Positions 9,753-18,233 of a DNA stretch of 50,388 nt are shown piece after piece. The DNA comes from a virus (lineage: Duplodnaviria; Caudoviricetes): positions 1-50,388 of the IMG/VR virus record IMGVR_UViG_3300044993_000048. One strand, given 5' to 3'. Below the pieces are notes generated by a model that was not told where the DNA came from, did not search any database, and saw only the letters and a program-made list of their open reading frames with translations. Numbering within the stretch: position 1 is the stretch's first letter; each line of letters opens with the position of its first letter. Position numbers and translations under genes: made by a program.

Positions 9753-10231
9753 TAGGCCGGTATCACCCCAGCCGGAGGCACGTGCTTGCGCTCCTTGGCC
9801 GCGTAGAGCCTGCCCGTGGCCGTCACCCGAATGGTCCGACGCACCCGCCCCCACTCTCGGCCTCGGACCGTAGGAGGCACCTCTGCCCACGTCTCCCATA
9901 CTCGCCCAGCCTCTAGCCAGTGCGGGACCGGACGAGCCGGATTGAGCACCGGCCTCGTCGGCAAAGACGACAATCCGCCCCCAAACTGGACGTTCGTCAC
10001 CGTAACCGGGAACCAGCCCGTGTTCGCCACGGTAATGCACAGCACCCGCTTGGGCTTCTTCGGGCCAATGGTCGCCACCGGCGCGAACGGTACCCCCTCC
10101 TGCGGCGGCTTCGTCACCTCTGGCTCTGGCCCCGGATCAAGATAGGCCAAATGGCAGGTCACCGTGACCCCGAATCCAAACAACGACTGGAGGGCCTGCC
10201 TGAGCCGCAAAACCGCGTATTCGATCATCAT
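9752..10231 (-). CDS. Hypothetical protein (beta-rich, ITVANTG..PVTVTNV)
   Basis: Start re-called after the GGAGG RBS; about 159 aa. Confidence 0.55.
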   Translation of the reverse strand: MMIEYAVLRLRQALQSLFGFGVTVTCHLAYLDPGPEPEVTKPPQEGVPFAPVATIGPKKPKRVLCITVANTGWFPVTVTNVQFGGGLSSLPTRPVLNPARPVPHWLEAGRVWETWAEVPPTVRGREWGRVRRTIRVTATGRLYAAKERKHVPPAGVIPA

Positions 10232-10239
10232 CAACCTCC

Positions 10240-10371
10240 TCAGTCGTGATCGTCCCAAATCACCGTCCCGCCGAACCTGCGGGCCTCGTGCTCGATCCTG
10301 CGGCGCGTCGCGGCCTCGCTCTGGTCGCCGGTCCACAGCCACCACCACCAGTTGCGGAGTCGCGACAGCAT
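10240..10371 (-). CDS. 43-aa Trp-rich microprotein
   Basis: RBS GAGGA; MLSRLRNWWWWLWTGDQ...; fills the gap between its neighbours exactly. Confidence 0.5.
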   Translation of the reverse strand: MLSRLRNWWWWLWTGDQSEAATRRRIEHEARRFGGTVIWDDHD

Positions 10372-10381
10372 GGTCCTCACC

Positions 10382-11032
10382 TCACTTGCTCCAACAGCGG
10401 TCGGTGACCCGCTTGATCTTCTCGTCACAAGCCGCGTCGTCCTTGACCTCGACCGTGATCTTCGACGGCAAGGCCGGAGCAGGCGCAACGGGCTCGGGCG
10501 TCACCGGATTCTGGCACTCCGGCAGGGTGATCCCGCGCTTGGCCTGACGCTTTCCCGCCGGGGTCTGGGCGATGATCTTGCAGCCCGTCGAGTAGTCGCC
10601 AATCGTGAAATAGAACCCGGCCAACGTGAAATCGTTGCACTGCCGCGTCTGGAACGCCAACCCGAGGAAGCCCGCACCCCCGCGACCCGAGCCACCGGCA
10701 TTCGACGCAAAGCCGCAGTTGCTCAGGAACAGTCCGCCCTGTGCGAGCGCCGCCGCCGACTCCCGCGTGACGATGTGCGTCGTCTGCGTGTTGCCGCCGC
10801 TGTTGGACGTGGCCCGGGCGTCAGAGGCCGACCACGAATTGGCGATGGCCTCGGCACGCTGCGACTGCCCCTGAGTCTGTTCCTGCCCCTGAATCTGGCC
10901 CTGCAATTGACCCTGAACCTGACCCTGCTCCTGCGAGAACTTGGTCGGCAGTGGCTGCGGGGTGCCCGTCGCCATCGCGGCGGTGGAGAGCAGGCCACAG
11001 GTCACAAGAATCGTCGTCTTGGTCATGTCCAT
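10382..11032 (-). CDS. Secreted protein with Q-X repeats and six mature cysteines
   Basis: Signal peptide (AAMA), QEQGQVQGQLQGQIQGQEQTQGQSQ, C..ASNAGG...GF.G.....C motif. Confidence 0.75.
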   Translation of the reverse strand: MDMTKTTILVTCGLLSTAAMATGTPQPLPTKFSQEQGQVQGQLQGQIQGQEQTQGQSQRAEAIANSWSASDARATSNSGGNTQTTHIVTRESAAALAQGGLFLSNCGFASNAGGSGRGGAGFLGLAFQTRQCNDFTLAGFYFTIGDYSTGCKIIAQTPAGKRQAKRGITLPECQNPVTPEPVAPAPALPSKITVEVKDDAACDEKIKRVTDRCWSK

Positions 11033-11095
11033 TTCCTTTTCGTTGTCAAAACAAACTAAACGCAGCGTTTAGTACAGACGTACTTGCACTGCATG

Positions 11096-11551
11096 CTAAA
11101 CGCTGGCAATCGCACGGCGCGCATTGGCCAGCGCTTCCCGGTCCACCTGTACCTCGACGTAATCGAGCCTCGGGTCGTCCAGCGTCGGCGTGCTGATGTT
11201 GTCCAGCAGATCGCGCAGGACCATCTCAATTTTCTCCAATTCCTCAATCCGCGCGTATGCCTTGCCCAGCATTTCGACCGCGTCCGCCGTCTTGCCCCAG
11301 CCGGGATTGCCGTCCTCCGACTCGACCCAGCACGGGATTTGTCGAAGGCTTGCGTTCTCGCGCTCCAGCTCCGCCACGCGGGCGCGAAGGTCTGCATTGA
11401 TCTGCGCCAAAACGTATTCATTCGCGTCGCTGGCAGCCGCTTCGATCAACGCCAGTTTTGCGCGCAGTTCGGCAATCTCGGAGTCCTTGCGCTCGATGAT
11501 GTCCTTTTGCACGCTGGCGACATCTTCCCAAGAAGCACTAGGGTTGCTCAT
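11096..11551 (-). CDS. Hypothetical coiled-coil protein
   Basis: 151 aa, RBS GGAGG, heptad-like pattern. Confidence 0.6.
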   Translation of the reverse strand: MSNPSASWEDVASVQKDIIERKDSEIAELRAKLALIEAAASDANEYVLAQINADLRARVAELERENASLRQIPCWVESEDGNPGWGKTADAVEMLGKAYARIEELEKIEMVLRDLLDNISTPTLDDPRLDYVEVQVDREALANARRAIASV

Positions 11552-11595
11552 ACCTGACCCTCCGCGAGCACGTAGTGTCTTTCATGTCGTGTCTC

Positions 11596-11796
11596 CTACT
11601 CGTAGTCCCTTGGCCTGACGCTCTTGCCCACGCGGTAGTCCACCTGCGGCCACCGCGACGGCGGGATGTGCGCGAACAGGCGATGACGGATGCGGCGCAC
11701 GTAGCGCCGCGCCAGCCACCACAGCACCCAGACCGCAGTCAGTGCCGCCGTGCCGACGACAATCGACAGCGCCAAGAGCCAAGCGTAGTCGGTCAT
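11596..11796 (-). CDS. Small membrane protein
   Basis: ATGA overlap, GGAGG; one N-terminal TM helix then an Arg-rich tail. Confidence 0.6.
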   Translation of the reverse strand: MTDYAWLLALSIVVGTAALTAVWVLWWLARRYVRRIRHRLFAHIPPSRWPQVDYRVGKSVRPRDYE

Positions 11797-12317
11797 GCTT
11801 CCTCCACCGGCGACCATGCGCCGTCAGTCAAGAGCTTGCGCAGGCGGGCAGTTTGCCATGCCTCTTCGGCGGCCTTTGCGGCGTCCCCTGCGGCGTCCCA
11901 TGCGGAGTCCACAGCGGCCCCTGAAGCCCCTGCGGCCCATGCGGCCCCTGAAGCCCTTGCGGCCCATGCGGCCCCTGCGGCGTCCCATGCGGCGGCCAAT
12001 TCCTTGTCGGTCGCCTGCCCCAGCGCGTGCCGTCGTGTCACGCGCAACGCCCTGCTGATGCGCTTGTCCATGAGCAGGTGCGCAAACCGCTCCGCACAGT
12101 CAACCGCATAGTGACGCCACAGCGCATCGTGCTCAGGCACGGTTCGCATGCACCACAACGCATCGTCCAGTCCGCAGATATCAAGTACCGTCAGCAGCGG
12201 CAACGGCTCATCGTCCGCCTCCGTCTTGCCAAGGTACGACAGCAGCTTTTGCCACCCCTCGGCGCACGGGCCATGCTCGCGGATCTTGTTTAGCGTGGTG
12301 CAGATCTTGGTGATCAT
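11793..12317 (-). CDS. Phage Ala-Trp repeat protein (AAWDAA family)
   Basis: Start re-called at 12317; TTLNKIREHGPC.EGW.KLL..LGK..ADDEPL, GLDDALWC, G.AT..ELAAAWDAA. Confidence 0.75.
   Translation of the reverse strand: MITKICTTLNKIREHGPCAEGWQKLLSYLGKTEADDEPLPLLTVLDICGLDDALWCMRTVPEHDALWRHYAVDCAERFAHLLMDKRISRALRVTRRHALGQATDKELAAAWDAAGAAWAARASGAAWAAGASGAAVDSAWDAAGDAAKAAEEAWQTARLRKLLTDGAWSPVEEA
11870..11998. repeat. Coding tandem repeats (including two near-identical 27-bp units)
   Basis: GCGGCCCCTGAAGCCC(C/T)TGCGGCCCAT at 11914-11940 and 11941-11967, plus GCGGCGTCCC units. Confidence 0.75.
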
Positions 12318-12754
12318 GTGTAGTCCGCTCCCAGCTCCCGCTCCATCTCCACCTCGATCAGCGTCCGCTGCTCGACCGTCAGCCCGGACCGATCCAGCAG
12401 CCCGTACAGCCGATCCACATCCCCCTGACTCAGCGGGTTCACTCCAGCAGCGATCAAGTCTTCGCGAGCCTGCTTCTCGGCAGCCGCCAGCGCGTCCTCC
12501 TTCGCACAGTGCGCCTTCCAGCACCCATCCACGTGCGTCAGCGCCGCGCTCAGGTCGTCCTGCAACAGCGTCAGCCCGGCATACTCCGCCTGCTTGATCG
12601 CCTCGATGATGCACAGCTCCGCGTGCGCCGCCGCCGGCATGTGATGGTCGTGCAGCGCCTTGTTCGCCTCCGCCCAGCGCAGCGCCAGCGCGCCCAGCTC
12701 AACGGCACTGCGATTGATATTCAGCCCACCTGACTCAGTGACAGTGCTTGTCAT
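12314..12754 (-). CDS. Hypothetical protein
   Basis: 146 aa, GGAGG RBS, ATGA-coupled. Confidence 0.6.
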   Translation of the reverse strand: MTSTVTESGGLNINRSAVELGALALRWAEANKALHDHHMPAAAHAELCIIEAIKQAEYAGLTLLQDDLSAALTHVDGCWKAHCAKEDALAAAEKQAREDLIAAGVNPLSQGDVDRLYGLLDRSGLTVEQRTLIEVEMERELGADYT

Positions 12755-12779
12755 CGCATGAGCCTCCCAACGCGATCAC

Positions 12780-13028
12780 TCATGGCAACACCAGCCAGCG
12801 CAGCTTATCGACATCTTTGCGCAGCCGCTCAACGCAGTCGCGCAGTTCCGACACCGCCCAGCGCAGCTCGTCGTAACGATTCAGCAGCTCGCGCATTGTT
12901 GCCGTGTCCGCGTCGGCTGCGCCTGTATCAGGCTGCTGATCCTGTTCGTCCGCGCTGGCGGCGCTCGTATCCGGATAACGATCCACAACCTCAAGCATCT
13001 TCGCCGTGTCCTCGTCAAGTGTGCTCAT
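12780..13028 (-). CDS. Hypothetical acidic coiled-coil protein
   Basis: 82 aa, GAGGTG RBS. Confidence 0.55.
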   Translation of the reverse strand: MSTLDEDTAKMLEVVDRYPDTSAASADEQDQQPDTGAADADTATMRELLNRYDELRWAVSELRDCVERLRKDVDKLRWLVLP

Positions 13029-13037
13029 GGCGTCACC

Positions 13038-13247
13038 TCACATCGTCCCGATCTCATAACACTCCTCCCGGCTCCAGCCGTCCGCGACCATGCGCGCCAC
13101 CAGCGCCTCGGTGTCATCGTCGCCGTCCAAGCGCACCGCAATCGATGGCTGCCCCGCCTTGCGCAGCACCACCATGTCGCCGTATTCCGCCGCGTCGTAG
13201 GTCTCCAAAATGCGCGCAAGCTCTGGAGCTGGATCTAGAATGCTCAT
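13038..13247 (-). CDS. Hypothetical protein
   Basis: 69 aa, ATGA-coupled to the upstream gene. Confidence 0.55.
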   Translation of the reverse strand: MSILDPAPELARILETYDAAEYGDMVVLRKAGQPSIAVRLDGDDDTEALVARMVADGWSREECYEIGTM

Positions 13248-13549
13248 GGCGTCACCCCCTGCTCATAATCGCCCGCCCCTTCCCGCCACGTCACGAACAT
13301 GACCGTGCACATGCCATACGGCCGGAATTCGATCATGTCCCCGTGATCAAAGCACCTACCGACGGCGGCCTTCGCCTTGCGCATCAGCTCGCGCTGATAG
13401 GTGCGGTTCGCTTTGGCGTAGCTGGAATCATCGCCTTCGGTATAACCGTAATGCGACAGTTCGGGCATGGTGACAACCGCACGGTCCACCCAAGAATAGT
13501 TAGCTTCGCCGCCGAAGGTGTCCGTGTACTCGACGCTGTACTGGCTCAT
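13244..13549 (-). CDS. Small conserved phage early protein
   Basis: 101 aa; VEYTDTFGGEANYSWV motif; strong RBS GAGGAG; first gene after the promoter. Confidence 0.7.
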   Translation of the reverse strand: MSQYSVEYTDTFGGEANYSWVDRAVVTMPELSHYGYTEGDDSSYAKANRTYQRELMRKAKAAVGRCFDHGDMIEFRPYGMCTVMFVTWREGAGDYEQGVTP

Positions 13550-13602
13550 TGTCGATCTCCTCTGGAATAAGCCGACTCGGCTTACGTTGTACCCGGGAGG
13601 AG

Positions 13603-13631
13603 ATGTTACACGCTTTTACAACGCGACACAA
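13603..13631 (-). promoter_or_regulatory. Sigma70-like promoter for the inserted block
   Basis: TTGTGT-17 bp-TAACAT in an AT-rich gap after TerL. Confidence 0.6.
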
Positions 13632-13643
13632 GCCCTAATTTTT

Positions 13644-15287
13644 CTAGCCGTAAATCGAGTCTCGGCGGACAATTTTCGGGCTAAACAGGCTGATACCGTC
13701 CTCGCTATCCAGCATCTCGTCAGAGAGCTGAAGGTCCATGTACCGCCGCATGTATTGGAGGGCTATCGTCGTGGAGCTGACTTGGTCGTTGAAGTCTGAA
13801 TTCGGAAACTTGGCGCATTCCTCGATCAGATCAATCGCCCAGTTTCGATTGACATACCAGACCGCGCCTTTCTCCAATGGCAGAGAACTCATATGCGCAC
13901 GGTACACAAGATCTCCGACCACTTTGACCGGGACGATTGGCAGCCCCTTGCGGCGCAGCTCTTTGATCAGATCGTGCCCGCTGGCTTTCTTTTCGATCAG
14001 GATGCGGTCTGGCTTGAAAATCTTGTACGCCTCCATCGCATCTTCTCGAAGCTCTGGGAATCCAAGGCGGCGCTTCATGCGCTCAAGCAGCATGGCATTC
14101 ACGCGCTCGTCGCCATACGCGATCTTCCCGTTCTTCCCTTCCTTCATCTCGCGCTGATAGAAGATGCCCCAAGTCGTGCGGACCGTAAACGAATCCTGCT
14201 CGCCTTGCTCGAAAGCCGTGTCGTATGCCTGAATGATCTCGACGAACTCCGGCAGGGGCCGCTCCTTGGAACGGTAATCGCTGTGCCATTCTGGCCACTC
14301 CCAGCGACGCCACCAACCTCGCTTGAGGATCAGGCCGCCAGCGCCCTCGGGCTGTTGCTGGTACTGCGCATTCCAAACCCGGGTCGTCGTGCCTTCCTTT
14401 TCCGCCTGAGCCGTGTTTGCATCAAAGCGATCCGGGCACAGCAGGGAATTCTGTTTGACTCTCGGATCTCGAAATATCGGCTCGCCTTCCGGCCCCTTGC
14501 CACGATTTTTGAACGTGACACACCTGCGCGCCGGATCAAACTCCATCGGCAAACACAGATGAACCCAATTCTTTTCCTCCCTCGCGAGGATATGTCCGAA
14601 GATGTCGCTGTCGTGCGTGCGCTGCCCGACGTACACCCTGCGCGCCTTGTTGGGATCGTTGAAGCGCGACCTGAAAGCGCCATCGTGCCACTGGATGGTC
14701 GATCTGCGGATCGTGTCTGACTCAACCTGCATCGCGTTGTGCGGGTCATCGAGGATATGAACGTCTCCTCCCAGACCAGTCGTTTTCGATCCCACCGAAA
14801 TCGAGATGCGGTGACCGCCCCGCGTGTTGGCGAATCGGTTGATGCGGTTCTCGTCTTGTAACAGCGTGACCGAGTCCCCAAACCGTAACTGATACCAGTC
14901 ACTCTCAATCAATCGACGCATCTTCTGTGCGTCTTGATTCGCCAGATCCGCCGCATACGACGCCGTCAGGAATTGCATCTCAGGCTGGTCTGCCCACCAC
15001 CATGCGGGCCAGCACACACTGACCAATGACGACTTGGTCATGCGTGGCGGGATGTTGATCATCAATTGCTTGATGTCGCCCAGCGTGACGTAGGCAAGAT
15101 GCTCCGCAATGGCGTCAATGTGCCAAGACGCAACAAACGGTTTCGGGTCTACAAGGTGCCACGCTTTGCGGATGAACTTGCGCAGATCACGGCGACAGGT
15201 TTCTGCCGTGACTTGCGTATAGCGCTGTGTCGCGATGTGCGCTGGATCAGGGGTCAGCAGCCCATGAGCGCCGCCGAGTGATACCAC
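13644..15287 (-). CDS. terL: Terminase large subunit
   Basis: 547 aa; INIPPRMTKS Walker A, ILDDPH Walker B, WNAQYQQQP, QAYDTAF, IEKKASG, FPN..FNDQV. Confidence 0.92.
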   Translation of the reverse strand: MVSLGGAHGLLTPDPAHIATQRYTQVTAETCRRDLRKFIRKAWHLVDPKPFVASWHIDAIAEHLAYVTLGDIKQLMINIPPRMTKSSLVSVCWPAWWWADQPEMQFLTASYAADLANQDAQKMRRLIESDWYQLRFGDSVTLLQDENRINRFANTRGGHRISISVGSKTTGLGGDVHILDDPHNAMQVESDTIRRSTIQWHDGAFRSRFNDPNKARRVYVGQRTHDSDIFGHILAREEKNWVHLCLPMEFDPARRCVTFKNRGKGPEGEPIFRDPRVKQNSLLCPDRFDANTAQAEKEGTTTRVWNAQYQQQPEGAGGLILKRGWWRRWEWPEWHSDYRSKERPLPEFVEIIQAYDTAFEQGEQDSFTVRTTWGIFYQREMKEGKNGKIAYGDERVNAMLLERMKRRLGFPELREDAMEAYKIFKPDRILIEKKASGHDLIKELRRKGLPIVPVKVVGDLVYRAHMSSLPLEKGAVWYVNRNWAIDLIEECAKFPNSDFNDQVSSTTIALQYMRRYMDLQLSDEMLDSEDGISLFSPKIVRRDSIYG

Positions 15288-15325
15288 CCGTGGTTCCTAC
15301 TCAACCGCCCGCTATCGGGGGCGTG

Positions 15326-15487
15326 TTACAAACGCTTCGGCCCTCCCGTGCGCAGCTCATCGCGGCGACGGGCGATCTTTTCCGCGAGCGTCACCGCAGG
15401 CGCGGCCGGGACCGTAGTGGATCGAGCTGCCAAACGACGGTCAATCGGCGCTAATGCTCGGCGCAGCTCTTTGATCTGGCGTCCCAT
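15326..15487 (-). CDS. 53-aa basic microprotein (not in the ORF track)
   Basis: GGAGG RBS; MGRQIKELRRALAPIDRRLAARSTTVPAAPAVTLAEKIARRRDELRTGGPKRL. Confidence 0.55.
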   Translation of the reverse strand: MGRQIKELRRALAPIDRRLAARSTTVPAAPAVTLAEKIARRRDELRTGGPKRL

Positions 15488-15520
15488 TTAACCGGCCTCC
15501 AAGACAGCTCCTGCGGCCAA

Positions 15521-15730
15521 TTAAACGTCAGTCTGACTTGCCGGGTCAACAATAGCCTTCCCGGCGTCCGTCAAATACAGAAACCCGGTAGCCGGATCTC
15601 TGGCCACAAGACCCTGAGCCTGCATTCTCTCCAGCCGCTTCGCGTCTGCGACCCGACTGAGCTGGACCAAGTTTTCCCGCCTAACCTTGTCCAGCAGGTA
15701 CTTGTCCCGGCCATCCAGCCGTATCACCAC
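15521..15730 (-). CDS. Small winged-helix-like protein
   Basis: 69 aa; 'LERM..QGLV......YLTDAGK' wing motif. Confidence 0.55.
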   Translation of the reverse strand: MVIRLDGRDKYLLDKVRRENLVQLSRVADAKRLERMQAQGLVARDPATGFLYLTDAGKAIVDPASQTDV

Positions 15731-15879
15731 CTACGCGGCGGCTCCTTCGGCTCCTCTTTGGGCTTGCCTTTCTTCTTGCCAGTGACGGCCTCGTCCACGA
15801 TGTCGTCGATGGCCTGTCGGCGTCGCAAGCCGCCCAGCGGGACGGGCGGAGGGGTGTCTTTGGTCTTGCGATTGCTCAT
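15724..15879 (-). CDS. Small basic hypothetical protein
   Basis: Start re-called at 15879 after GGAG; 51 aa. Confidence 0.5.
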   Translation of the reverse strand: MSNRKTKDTPPPVPLGGLRRRQAIDDIVDEAVTGKKKGKPKEEPKEPPRRW

Positions 15880-15916
15880 CGGCGTTCTCCAGAAAGTAGC
15901 CAAGGTAAAGACTACA

Positions 15917-16492
15917 TCAAAAGACCGACTCCACAAAAGGACGCAGCTCCAAGTCTTTCCGCAGATACAGCGGGTGCTTCGGTGAGCCACCGACATTTTG
16001 CCCAAGGCACACAGGATTGATCCCGGCCATCACGAGATCATCCAAAACCTGCAAATCCCAGCGGATGATTCCATCCCGCCTTAACCTGCCGTGGTTGCCC
16101 CATGCCACCACGACGGTTTTGGCCTTGCGAGCCACCTCCAGAATCCAGCGCGGATTGTTCGGCATCCCAATCGGCTCAATGTGCGGCCACAGAAGATGCG
16201 ACGGGTCCGTCGAGCGATACGCAAACAGATTGGTCACAGCGAAAGAGCTGTACCCAAGCTCTATTGCCCGAGATTGACATCTCCCTACAGTGGGATCGTT
16301 TTTGAACGCATCCGCAGTAGATGGATTCAGCATCAGGAAATTGATCATGCCTCCGCCACCATCGTTGAATTTTCGATGCAGCAGATACCTGTAACGCATG
16401 CACTCGGAAAACACGGCGAATGACTCAATGCCGTTTGAATGATCCGTTTGCAGCGTCTCCCCGATTTCCAGATTGAAGCTACCGACGCTCAT
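15917..16492 (-). CDS. DUF1643 family protein
   Basis: YRYLL.R, MLNPSTADA...DPTV.RC, NLFAYRSTDP, VVVAWG, PKHPLY. Confidence 0.85.
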   Translation of the reverse strand: MSVGSFNLEIGETLQTDHSNGIESFAVFSECMRYRYLLHRKFNDGGGGMINFLMLNPSTADAFKNDPTVGRCQSRAIELGYSSFAVTNLFAYRSTDPSHLLWPHIEPIGMPNNPRWILEVARKAKTVVVAWGNHGRLRRDGIIRWDLQVLDDLVMAGINPVCLGQNVGGSPKHPLYLRKDLELRPFVESVF

Positions 16493-16830
16493 TGACCTTT
16501 TTTTGCAGCAACAGGCTTAGCCTTTCCGCGCGCTCGTACTGCTCTCGCACGACTACCCGCAGCTCTTCGACCAGAGAGTCTAGTTGTTCGCGCCGCAGCT
16601 CTCTTGGCGGTTGTGACATGAGCCGATAATTGTTGAGCAGATATTTCACGCTTCATTCCTCGCAGCATCCTGTCCATGCAAATCTTCACTGGAAGCACGT
16701 CGCATCCGCGAACCGCCATGCCGTAGTGAACCTGCCCAGAGCGATCCACCGCAACGAGGGCTATAGACCTCGTAGAAAGGAGTTTTTCGGAACAGTGCCT
16801 GATCGTTTCTGAAATCTTCCACCGCATCAT
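16489..16830 (-). CDS. Hypothetical protein with a basic C-terminus
   Basis: 113 aa, ATGA coupling to the DUF1643 gene. Confidence 0.5.
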   Translation of the reverse strand: MMRWKISETIRHCSEKLLSTRSIALVAVDRSGQVHYGMAVRGCDVLPVKICMDRMLRGMKREISAQQLSAHVTTAKRAAARTTRLSGRRAAGSRARAVRARGKAKPVAAKKGQ

Positions 16831-16839
16831 CGCAAAGCC

Positions 16840-17103
16840 TCAGTCCTTGTGCCGCAGGTACGTAACGTATGCCAAGCATCCAGCAGAAACGCACAGCATC
16901 GCGAGCGAAAACGCCCAAAAAACCACCGTGACCGCTTGCGGATGCGAAGAGACAGCAAACCCAGCGCAAAAACACAGTATGGAAAGTGTCAGGCAAACAA
17001 GTCCGCAGTCTCGCACCAAGCTCCGCGTTTTCGCTCGATGGCTCTCAACATCGCGGCGTCGAACCGCTCCTTGCCAAACATCTCCCGCCCCCTGCTTTGC
17101 CAT
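16840..17103 (-). CDS. Small two-TM membrane protein
   Basis: Two hydrophobic segments; GAGG RBS. Confidence 0.5.
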   Translation of the reverse strand: MAKQGAGDVWQGAVRRRDVESHRAKTRSLVRDCGLVCLTLSILCFCAGFAVSSHPQAVTVVFWAFSLAMLCVSAGCLAYVTYLRHKD

Positions 17104-17318
17104 GTCTTACCTCTATGCGGCCCGCGCATGATTCGCGCCTTGTACCCTTTGCTGACCACCAGATCAGCAAATCCATCTACGAACCTTTCTTTCGCTTGAA
17201 GCTCGACCGCATCCATCGCTGCATCGACCTCGTTCATCACTTCGATGCTGTCGTAGAAATCAACGCGGTTGAATCCTCGCGTCGCTTCGCTTGGAAGCCT
17301 TTTCCGCTGTCGCCTCAT
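16989..17318 (-). CDS. Hypothetical protein
   Basis: 109 aa, ATGA overlap with the TerS stop. Confidence 0.5.
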   Translation of the reverse strand: MRRQRKRLPSEATRGFNRVDFYDSIEVMNEVDAAMDAVELQAKERFVDGFADLVVSKGYKARIMRGPHRGKTWQSRGREMFGKERFDAAMLRAIERKRGAWCETADLFA

Positions 17319-17950
17319 TGCGCCTCGATCACTTGCTTCGGAAGGTATTGTTCGAGTTCTTGTTCCATGCGTTCCAGAACATCCATCGGTACTTGACTCA
17401 AGTCGAGCTTCATATGCAGGTGTCGATGCCTGTGCTCAAGAATGACTTTCTCGCTGAACATACCCAAGTGCCTGCCGAGTTTGAACAGCTCGTTGCTCTT
17501 GTCGTAGAACTCGTATGTCGCCGAGCCGTCTTTGTTGAGCTGCATGGACTTAATCGCCGCAGCCTGATCTCTCGTCAGCTCGTCTATCCGCTTGAACCTG
17601 TACTGGCGTTTCCCATTGACCTCTTCAATCACCACGTAGTCTTGGATGTTCGCAAAGGCGATCTTCGCGATTTCCTCGAACACAGCTTGCTGGTCTATCG
17701 CGACGACTTTGGCGTTCTGCTGCACTTGGATTTTCTGGTGCCAATCGATGTAGTCACGATAGCGGCGCAACACGGCAGTTCCGTGCGACGAGGGCCAACC
17801 CTTCGACATGCCAGCACGAGCCGCCGCCGCCTGAATGCTGAAATCCTTCAGGTACTCCTGCAAAAAACGAAGCGTCCTGCCCTTGGGTTGCCGCCCTCTG
17901 TATGGCGGGATATCGCTCGGAACGACAGGATTTGCATCTTGTTTTGTCAT
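17315..17950 (-). CDS. terS: Terminase small subunit
   Basis: RFLQEYLKDFSIQAAAARAG HTH, VFEEIAKIAFANIQDY, YDK...L..LGRHLGMF. Confidence 0.85.
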   Translation of the reverse strand: MTKQDANPVVPSDIPPYRGRQPKGRTLRFLQEYLKDFSIQAAAARAGMSKGWPSSHGTAVLRRYRDYIDWHQKIQVQQNAKVVAIDQQAVFEEIAKIAFANIQDYVVIEEVNGKRQYRFKRIDELTRDQAAAIKSMQLNKDGSATYEFYDKSNELFKLGRHLGMFSEKVILEHRHRHLHMKLDLSQVPMDVLERMEQELEQYLPKQVIEAQ

Positions 17951-17975
17951 GTGTTAGGCTTGCTTCATGTAGTGC

Positions 17976-18004
17976 TTGACACCGGTTTTTGCTTGTGTTA
18001 GGCT
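17976..18004 (+). promoter_or_regulatory. Sigma70-like promoter of the DUF932 island, overlapping a 13-bp direct repeat
   Basis: TTGACA-17 bp-TAGGCT; TGTGTTAGGCTTG at 17950-17962 and 17994-18006. Confidence 0.7.
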
Positions 18005-18032
18005 TGTTTCAACAGATACAGGAGACGCCCCA

Positions 18033-18137
18033 ATGATTATCGAAACGCTCAAGAAAATTCACCCCCTCGCAATCTATGCGTTCGGGTTCGTCGATGCCGT
18101 CGTCACGGCAGCGGTTGTGTACTGGATCATCTACTAA
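18033..18137 (+). CDS. 34-aa single-TM peptide (not in the ORF track)
   Basis: AGGAG RBS right after the promoter; MIIETLKKIHPLAIYAFGFVDAVVTAAVVYWIIY. Confidence 0.65.
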   Translation: MIIETLKKIHPLAIYAFGFVDAVVTAAVVYWIIY

Positions 18138-18233
18138 CCCAGCTCGAAGCCGGTCGGGCCTTCCACCGAGGGCTCTTCCGGGTTCGCGTTGAACCAAGCC
18201 GAGCTGCCCGGAGATAGGCAGAGGAGAACTGCA

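Noticed and set aside
11870-11998. Possible CRISPR-like repeat array
   Set aside because: Repeats are tandem, in-frame and lack unique spacers; no cas genes
13740-13810. TerL nuclease motif NDQVS instead of DDQVD, suggesting inactivity
   Set aside because: The central Asp and the upstream DTA/IE motifs are retained; within plausible family variation
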